Origin: an uncultured Nitrososphaerales archaeon
Lineage (GTDB): Archaea; Thermoproteota; Nitrososphaeria; Nitrososphaerales; Nitrososphaeraceae
Length of the DNA: 64,000 nucleotides
Assembly: GCA_963709405.1 (NCBI GenBank)
Contig: CAVPXM010000021.1
Location: forward strand, 250,561-314,560
Direction: 5' to 3'
Shown here: positions 55,833 through 64,000 of the stretch, in pieces
Layout of the letters: the number at the start of each line of letters is the position of its first letter
Numbering within the stretch: position 1 is the stretch's first letter
Position numbers and translations under genes: made by a program
The notes under the pieces: model-generated
What the model was told of the DNA's origin: nothing
What the model saw: the letters and a program-made list of their open reading frames with translations, nothing else
Databases searched by the model: none

Positions 55833-56518
55833 GGCTCTGTAAAGTTAAGATAACAAATTATTGTTATGATGACTAACAAATAGATCCAACCATTTTTGTA
55901 TGTGTTGCAATTTACACTTACTTTTTCTACAAGGAAAATAATCATCGAAATATTCTGTTCTATCTTTGATGTATTGTACCGTCCTTTCTATGATACTTTT
56001 CTCATATGGAGAATGGATGTGATGGTGCAGTCTCAAGAATCTACAAGCCTGTGGATACCATGTACCTCCATCAATTGAAACAGGATAGATGTTCTCCATA
56101 TCTTTTTACAAGGTTTAATATAAAACGTTCTGCAACAAACATGTTTCTCTCTTTCTTTTGATATGCTTATTTGAAGGATTTCTCGGTTATCATTCATTTT
56201 CAATGGCTATCCATAACCAGATATATTCGGAACCAACTTTAATGATAGTTTCATCAATTATAAATTCAGTAATACGTATCTATCTTTCTGGAACTTAACA
56301 TCTCTGGTTTATATTTTTGAATCCAGTCTCTGATGGCAGTATGACTTCTTTTAACAAATCTAGACACAGCTTTGGAAGTATTTCTTAATGAAAGACCAAG
56401 GAAATACAGATACAGAGAATATGCTATATCCTCAGGTTCTGTTCTCTTTCTTATTTGACACATCATAACCTATATCGGAGTCATAAAGCTATAGATTTTT
56501 CCTTAACTTTACAGAGCC
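55833..56518 (-). mobile_element. IS6-family insertion sequence (frameshifted)
   Basis: Perfect 17-bp TIR GGCTCTGTAAAGTTAAG; 8-bp TSD GATAAAAT; GLSLRNTSK, IDET, DGGTWYPQAC, IERT motifs. Confidence 0.93.
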
Positions 56519-56555
56519 GATAAAATATATCGCACTGATAGTCGCCATAGTCTTA

Positions 56556-57434
56556 ATGAGCGCGCCCTTAGTGCATGCATACTCATTTCCATTCTGGACA
56601 GAACTTAAGATACCTATGAATCCGGGCAACAGAACCATCCATGTCTTCATAAACCACGTTAACACATTAACGGATACGAGCATAATGCGTATCTGTGTAA
56701 CTGATACTAATACGACACATGGACTGTGTCATTACATGAACCCTACGGAGGAAGAAGCCCGGATAAGAGGTAATGACGTAAATGTTTCAGCGGGATTTTT
56801 TACATTTCCGATTGATCAGGCTCCGTTCAGTACAGAGAACGAGATACAAGTCTGTCTTAAGGTATTAGATCTGCACAGCGAGCAATGCACATCGTATAAC
56901 ATTAATTTTGCCGCTGAGAATGAGACACTCTCTATAGACCGTAGGGACGTAGTTCCAGTATCCTCTAAAGGAACACTATATGATAAAGGTAATGCTCTTA
57001 TTGAACAAGGCAATTACACGCAAGCTATACAATCCTTCGATAAGGCTTTAGCAATAGATCCAAATTATGAGTTAGCGTTAATTAACAAAGGTAGTGTTCT
57101 TGACAGGTTAGGTAATTATACAGAATCTATACAATATTATGATAAGGCTTTAGCAATAGATCCAAATTACAGTGGTGCATTAAATGGGAAACAAAATGCT
57201 CTTGAAAGCTTAGGTAATCATACTCAAGCTTTACCATCCTTCGACAAGGCTTCAGCTGCAGATCACTACCATGAGTTAGCGTTATATAACAAAGGCTTAG
57301 CTCTTTATAATCAAGGTAATTATACACAGGCTATACAATACTATGATAAAGCTTTAGCTATAGATCCAAAGGATAAAGAAGCACTAAACGGTAAAGGTAA
57401 TGCTCTTAGTGGTCAAGGTAATCAAATAGGCTAG
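56556..57434 (+). CDS. Tetratricopeptide repeat protein; original N-terminal signal peptide disrupted by IS6
   Basis: Repeated KG.AL...GNYTQAIQYYDKALAIDP units. Confidence 0.9.
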   Translation: MSAPLVHAYSFPFWTELKIPMNPGNRTIHVFINHVNTLTDTSIMRICVTDTNTTHGLCHYMNPTEEEARIRGNDVNVSAGFFTFPIDQAPFSTENEIQVCLKVLDLHSEQCTSYNINFAAENETLSIDRRDVVPVSSKGTLYDKGNALIEQGNYTQAIQSFDKALAIDPNYELALINKGSVLDRLGNYTESIQYYDKALAIDPNYSGALNGKQNALESLGNHTQALPSFDKASAADHYHELALYNKGLALYNQGNYTQAIQYYDKALAIDPKDKEALNGKGNALSGQGNQIG

Positions 57435-57619
57435 GGTTCAGGACCCAAGGTATTTAGTCTCTATGTAGGTCACAAAGTAATCTGGGTTATAGCCTTCATT
57501 GAAGGTATTATTAAGAAGCACTTTGGGGGCATAAACAGATCCATGCTGGTGTATTTTTAATCTTAACCATTTCATAATAGGAACGCTCTTACTATGTAGT
57601 AGTAGTAGTTCAACTAAAT

Positions 57620-58055
57620 CTGGAATATTCGATTACCTATTTGAACACAGACCTCGATACTTCATTATAGACGAGATCAATATAATCTATCGAATCTAAT
57701 GGAGTCCGGTATATTAATCTGAGCTAAACATAGACAGCAAAGAATGATTCGATTAAAGACGTGCGTTTTTGCTAGTGCTAATAGGGCAGACAGACTATTA
57801 GTTCCGTTATTGACGAGATTTATAGTCATTCATCTTAAATCCTACACTAAAGAAGAATTTGAAGTTCCTGTCGGGATCCTGAATGGAGAGGAAGACATTG
57901 AAAAAAGATATTGCCATCCTTATTGCTGAATCAGTGTTCAACAAATTAAGCGCAAACATTAGAGAATGTGTCAGAATTGCCACGTTGGCAGCCAATAATG
58001 CTTCCAAGGTTGATCGGATTACAGATATACTTACAGAATGCGTTGGCACTTAGTT
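57620..58055 (+). pseudogene. AAA+ ATPase remnant
   Basis: DYLFEHRPRYFIIDEI, NLMESGIL, VFASAN, PLLTRF; frameshifts. Confidence 0.7.
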
Positions 58056-58620
58056 AAGATAGATAAGCCTAATATAGAGGCGTGCTTTCTGCGGGCATGT
58101 ATTATTAAGTTAATTACTGGACTAAAAGAACGTCTTCAAATAAGAAATATCTACAGATTGTTGTCTAATTATTATCCCTGGCTTAACCACATTATAAGTA
58201 TGATTAAACCTCGCAAATCACAGAAATTACCTCCTAGGTGTATTGTGCATGAGAGATATGAAAGATTTTTTAGATTGCTTGGTGCGAACAACAATCAAGC
58301 CAAAGCACTAAGCGTAGCTCGATTTATGGGTTGTTGGATGACCCGTATGACAAAAACATTAAGCGAGCTGTTAGTGAATATCTTAAAATAGATCAAGAAA
58401 GTTTAATGGAATTACTGGATATTGGTGTAATGAATTGCTCATGGATTCATGGTGCAATACAGCAAATGAGATCTACGATAGCAGACCAACAAAGGTTTCA
58501 CTATTCTCCTACCACCGATGTTGAGGAGGAGATTACTAAGGATCTCAATATAGTATAAGAGGGATTCGCTTCATTCCATTTATGAGTAGAGGCGCACAAA
58601 AAACATACATTCTCATCTGA

Positions 58621-58941
58621 TCAGGCACCCAACTTTTCATGTATAGCTGCATCTAACCTAACACCAGGATACTCTTGACGTTCTTTTCTAATTCTAATTC
58701 TAATTCCATCTTTCATATCCTTTGAGTAAATGCGAAGTAATGCGTGTTCTCCGTCCTCCCACGTCATCTCGAACTTCTCGCCTGCATACTCACTTAAAGA
58801 ATCTGTACCAAAGTGCCACATTGTTACGATCCAAGAGTTATGGTTTGGAATTTGAATTTGAGGCAATGGTGATATCGTATGCGGGCAGCATGTTACTGAT
58901 GCTAATAGCCTTTCCTCTACTGATGTCAGTATATTTGACAA
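58621..58941 (-). CDS. Hypothetical protein fragment (probably mobile-element derived)
   Basis: WIVTMWHFGTDSLSEYAGEKFEMTW..RIYSK..RKERQEYP. Confidence 0.5.
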   Translation of the reverse strand: MSNILTSVEERLLASVTCCPHTISPLPQIQIPNHNSWIVTMWHFGTDSLSEYAGEKFEMTWEDGEHALLRIYSKDMKDGIRIRIRKERQEYPGVRLDAAIHEKLGA

Positions 58942-59074
58942 GCGGATAAGACTTCATGATCACATATAATATTAAGCTCTGAATTGTTCTGATTACTTTC
59001 TATGGAAGTAAATCTTTTACTCAATACGAGTATGATCCGCACACTAAAAATAGGTAAATGTTTTTTCATATTTT

Positions 59075-59900
59075 ATGGCTAAAGATGTGAAAAACCCTTC
59101 TCAACTAAGTGAGCTCGAAAATCATTTCGTTGATGTTTACATTATGAATTGGAACCTGATCGCCTATATTTTGAGGACACAGTACGCTGATCCGAAAGAT
59201 TTTGCAGAAAAGATACTCATAAAGACTATCAGGTCTAAGACTAAGACCGCCGAAAGCTTCTTATTTTTGTACGGATATAGAGAACCAACTGGCATTTATA
59301 CACCTTCTAAGTTAAATGAAATTCTTAAAAAGAGATCTCGGAATATTCCATAGCGATTCATCCAATACAGAGCCATTTTTGCGCCCAAATATTATAACAC
59401 AGGTTCTACAGAAGTTGGAACGATATGAAATATATCATAATGTAAGAGGGAAAAGAGAACTGAAACGTAAAAGAATAGGGCCAGAAAAATCAGCTTCGAG
59501 CTTCAAACGATTAGGTGGGAGGCCTTCAGCTTACATGATTTCAGACATCTACTCTAAATCAAACGAATTTATCAGCAATCCAGATATAAGGAATTTGATA
59601 CACAAAAAACTTATTGATCATAAAATTGGCCTATTTGTATTGAAATATATGTCTATGGCAGTTTTTTATTCATTTAAGATAGATAAAGAGGGCAGCTTCC
59701 AAAATACTTCTAATAGTGAGTCCTCCACCCGCTAGCGTAGATCTATCTAACATCCAGTCTAAATTCGACGAAACCGCTTCTCTTGATGAGATCAAATTGG
59801 AAGGGCTTGCTGAACAAAATGCCAAATTTATATTAGATAGTCGTTGTATTTTTCAGCTACTGGTTTATTCGGACTAATACTGCATTCCTTATAACCTGTA
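59075..59900 (+). pseudogene. Frameshifted hypothetical (possibly winged-helix) protein
   Basis: Overlapping ORFs 59075-59353 and 59316-59735; GGRPSAY motif. Confidence 0.5.
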
Positions 59901-59995
59901 ATAAGCCAGCTGTGCCATAGTACTGTACCTAAATCCAAGCATTTCCAAATGGTGCCGCAGATATGATATAGATAAGTATTCAAGATTCAAATAAA

Positions 59996-60192
59996 TTAGC
60001 CGACATTCCTCTTCGTTAATATCGCTGGCTTAACATGCACCAATTTGGGATTATGCTGTATCATTGAGATAATCTGATTGAATCGCTGATTAGTCTCATC
60101 ACGGATAGCTTGAATGTCCTGTTCATATTTTTGCTTCATGGCCTGTATCTCTCTATCCTTTTCAGATAATTTTGATTCAATGCTTTTGCCTC
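59996..60192 (-). pseudogene. Coiled-coil C-terminal tail of an integrase-like gene cut by IS630
   Basis: KLSEKDREIQAMKQKYEQDIQAIRDETNQRFNQIISMIQHNPKL; the ORF-track N-terminus lies inside the IS. Confidence 0.55.
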
Positions 60193-60194
60193 TA

Positions 60195-61316
60195 TACCAA
60201 TTAAGATAAGTATACTTACATATTATTGATGGAATTGTCATATTCCTCTGTACAGGAAGAGCTATAGCTTTGTTCATTGATCTGCTTTCCTGAATGAGTC
60301 TTGACTCTTAGTAGAGGAGAATTAGAAACTTGGTACAGGAAGGAATCACGAGCGGGACTAAAGGAGAGGCTATTACTTGTTCTCAAAGTCGAAGGTGAAG
60401 GAATGATTCCAGCTCGTGTTGCAAAGGAGCTGCACAGAAGCAGAACATGGACTTCTGATTGGCTTGCAAGATATCGTAAGGAAGGTATTAACGGACTAGA
60501 GAATAGGCCTAAGAGTGGTAGGCCCTCAAAGCTACCTAAAGAAGTTGCTCTTAAGGTAAGGAAGAAACTGAAGGAAGGAAAACAGGGCTGGACTACACAA
60601 CAGGTAAATGAAATGATAGTAAAAGAAGGAAATGTACACTACCATCAAATCTATATCTATACATTGCTGCATAAGTGGGGATTCAAACAGAAAGTACCTA
60701 GGAAAGTGCACGTTAATACTGCATCACAAAAGGAGAAAAAGCAGTTTAAAAAAGAGCACAGAAAATACTAGATTGTCTACCGAAGGACTTTACTGTAGTA
60801 TCACTGGATGAATCATTCTTCTTCTTTGATAGCCTTGTTAGAAAAGTATGGATCTATAAAGATTCCAGACCTGTAGTTACAATAACAGGCTCACACAGAA
60901 ATTTCTGTATGTTTGGAGCTATTAGTCTTGAAGGAAAGCAGTTATTCAGACAGTTTGAAAAGTTTGATGAGGATACATTCTATGAATTCCTAAAACAGAT
61001 ACATTACAAATTCCCAAAATGTTATTTATTCTTGGATAAGGCACCTCAACACTATAAATCTCATAAAATAAAAAAGTACTTTGAAGAACATAAGGATAGT
61101 CTAATACCAATCTATCTTCCAACAGCATCACCAGAGTTTATGGTGCTGGAAGAATGCTGGAATATATCCAAAAATGATTTGTTAGTATTAGCATATTATT
61201 CGGCATTTGCAGAATTTAGAATAAGGTTAGGACAGTACTTTAGGACCAAACATTTCAATCTAAATATGAGAAATTATCTCACTAGGAATATGTCAGAGAA
61301 CTTATCTTAATTGGTG
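60195..61316 (+). mobile_element. IS630-family element, apparently intact (orfA 60301-60771, orfB to 61310)
   Basis: TIR (T/C)ACCAATTAAGATAAGT with TA duplication; TTTAAAAAAG slippery site at 60745-60754; SLDESFF, FLDKAPQH, LPTASPEF..EECW. Confidence 0.93.
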
Positions 61317-61849
61317 TAGGTATACCAAATACGATACCGGTGCAAATAAGTAAAATGGATATCCCTTTTCTGTCATTTTTGAGTCTACAATCGAAAAAAT
61401 GAAAGATCTTGTAGGTCAATTCAACCAATGAATTTGATATATTATTAAAAAGTTGCTAATATCGATTAACAGGAACAAAAAAGAATAAGTCAATATCACG
61501 GAACTATATTTGTTAGGTACACTCATCGAAGCAAATTAGGATAATGGAATGTAGATTTTAGTTCCTAAGTTTGTCCATCATTATGGTTGATTGTTATTGA
61601 AATAATAACATCATCATTGAAAACACTGAATAATTTGTATCAAGCATATAACTATATGTTATTATTTGATACTTTGAATATTCAATAGGTATCAAATATT
61701 CATCTGCTTTGAATAATAGAAAGTCGAAAATTTTAGAAATTAGTCCACGGCACATAAATAGCACATTGACAAAAAGAGATTGTAGTATGAACTTTGGTAA
61801 TAGAATAGGACCAAGTTTTAATTGAAAATACATTGTTAGCCGCTGCTAG

Positions 61850-62150
61850 GTGCGATAGAGAATTAAAGGGATACTATCCTCTTTAAGAATATTCAAAATT
61901 ACAAGTTAAACTATCAATCGATAGATTCAATTAATAGACTTTTTTGGAAAATGAAGCCAGGAGATTGCTAAAAGAACTAAAGCTATTAATCGCAATAGAG
62001 CAGAAACGATAACAGCCGGTTTATGTATAATAACTACATTGATGTTTAAACTAGCTTTCGAAGAGGTTACTGTAAGTTCAAGTGGACTCAGAGAGGGAAT
62101 ACTATCATCATTTCTGTCGCTAAGAGATATAAAAAATAATACGAATAATA
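61850..62150 (+). pseudogene. Ppx/GppA exopolyphosphatase fragment
   Basis: NRAETITAGLCII..LMFKLAFEEVTVSSSGLREGIL. Confidence 0.7.
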
Positions 62151-62559
62151 GAAAAACGATAATACCACCAACATTGAATGTACAGCAACTCTAGTCACGC
62201 CAATCTATATGTTAGAGGTCTTTACCAAAGAAGGGATTGATTCTCAAAAAAAGCCGAAGATTTCATATTTCAAAAGACTGGGATGATGCTTGCAATATAT
62301 GACAATGACACTCATTGTGTAATAAATCAAAAATTAACACTGGAAATGCTCAAAGAAATATCTGATTCTGAAGACGTTTTGGAAGTTACTGATGTGGTAG
62401 CATTCGAGGATTTGGTCCATCTCATGAACATTTAGATTATAAAGATGCACATGATTGCTATTTGTCGCAGGAGCAATTTGAGAATCAAAGATTACCAATT
62501 AAATAAAATGCGACCTAACACGCGATATTCCAAGGTTTTAGTAATCGTAAGTCCCCAGT

Positions 62560-62939
62560 TTATGCATTAACAGGAGTAATTGGATTTCTCTGATTAGCTG
62601 GGATCATTATAAGCGGAGGACTGTTACCAAATATGAATAAATATGCTTCTCCAGTAGTTCACACATCGTCTTCTTCACTTCCGTCTGTGTTAGGAGTGAT
62701 TCATGGATATGTAGGTCGGCCAACAGGACTACCAGCTCATGGGTGCTGTAGTAGTAGTCGCAGAACAACAGACGGGTTATACCGTAAATTCAATTGTTTC
62801 TATAGATGGCCAATACTCCTTTACTTTACCACAAGGAAAATATATCATATTGGTTGCTTATCCTGATGGAACCAACAAGAAAGTAAGTGATTTTCAGGTA
62901 GAACAGCGAACGGCTCACAGTCTTGATGTTAGATACTAG
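62560..62939 (+). pseudogene. Secreted carboxypeptidase-regulatory-like beta-sandwich protein, frameshifted
   Basis: GVIHGYVGRPTGLPA / GAVVVVAEQQTGY..DGQYSFTLPQGKY. Confidence 0.65.
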
Positions 62940-63094
62940 AACTACCTTTTATTTTTAATCTACTTAAGATGTGAACGAATTCTTTTTACAAATTTTGTAG
63001 TGAGAATCGATCTGCAGCACCATAGATCGTAACAACGAGATATAAAAATACTTATAACAACGAGAAACAGGTACAGATCGGGCAAACAAATTGA

Positions 63095-63721
63095 ATGGCA
63101 ACAAAAAAACAACTAAACCTTCAATTATAATTAGCGGCAATCACTGTGGTAGTGATCATATTTGCTGCTATGATTCTCGGAATACAAAGCCAAACATTGC
63201 ATACCGTATTAGCACAAAGTGCCAAGAGTAATGCAACAACACCAGCAACAAATACTGTTATAACAGTCACCCCAAACCAATCAAGTAACAAGACTTTCTG
63301 GATAAGGACGTACACTTTGATGGATCAACAAGCTTAAAAGCTGGCGTAGCATGTGGTAATTGTAGCCAGAATATTCCACCGCATCCAGCTGAGAAGTTTC
63401 CAAATACTACGCTGCCTGCAGGGCCAGGGCTTGTGTTAAGAGCACCCAACAAAGTAGGAGCTTGGGATATGAGATCATTTACCTTTGCTCCGGATCAAAT
63501 AGTCGTTAATCAAGGCGACACGGTCACTCTTCATTTCTTAAGGCTAACAAGGTACGCATCATGTGATAACTGTTGAAGGGGTTGGAACCTTTCCACTTGA
63601 TAGGGGACATATCCATACAGTATCGTTTACCGCGGACAAACCTGGAACAATAGCGTACTGGTGTCACATACATGTGCCGAACATGGTTGGCCAGATATTG
63701 GTACTTCCTAAACCAGCGTAG
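63095..63721 (+). pseudogene. Secreted cupredoxin (blue-copper-like), frameshifted
   Basis: FTFAPDQIVVNQGDTVTLHF..HH..FTADKPG..YWCHIHVPNMVGQILVL (C-x2-H-x3-M); several frameshifts. Confidence 0.85.
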
Positions 63722-64000
63722 TAGATGACAACGATGCGATATCAACCTCCACATATTGAGCACTCTCATCTCATATTTTTTGCAACGATTTCAACATAAT
63801 TTAACGTAATTCCAAGTAATTTGTTGTTTATGTCTTTTGCATACTGGTATGAATACGACAACAATGACATTTACTATGAATATTAGGATTACAAATAACA
63901 CGACTCGAAGAATATTTAAAATGATGTTTGAAACTGAGCTAGAAAGCTCGAAATGGTAATTACATATAGATATTTAATATCTGGCTCACGAATATTCTAT

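Noticed and set aside
1-64000. tRNA and rRNA genes
   Set aside because: No cloverleaf with a GTTCRA T-loop and matching acceptor stem, and no rRNA-like sequence recognised

Overview
AT-rich, low-coding-density archaeal DNA. Gene content (TFB paralog, Hef-like helicase, F420-dependent PPOX proteins, CHRD, cupredoxin, BluB, many small secreted and zinc-finger proteins) points to a soil ammonia-oxidising archaeon (Nitrososphaeraceae); this is an inference. Isolated accessory genes are scattered among many IS elements (IS481, IS5, IS6, IS630, DDE_Tnp_1 types, several with intact TIRs and target-site duplications), decayed tyrosine integrases and frameshifted genes. The most unusual region is 32.2-33.7 kb. 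It holds a cas-less CRISPR mini-array (3 full repeats, 1 truncated repeat, 3 spacers) that starts 5 bp after an inward-facing IS5-type terminal inverted repeat. The array and an unannotated Cys-rich microprotein lie between two ~55-bp direct repeats, and a ~140-nt nested stem structure sits just upstream. Other notable items: silk/antifreeze-like Ala- and Gly-rich secreted proteins, an IS6 inserted at a start codon, a PIP-box-bearing SPL-family radical SAM enzyme and several microproteins missed by the ORF track. Many 1-bp frameshifts could be sequencing or consensus errors.
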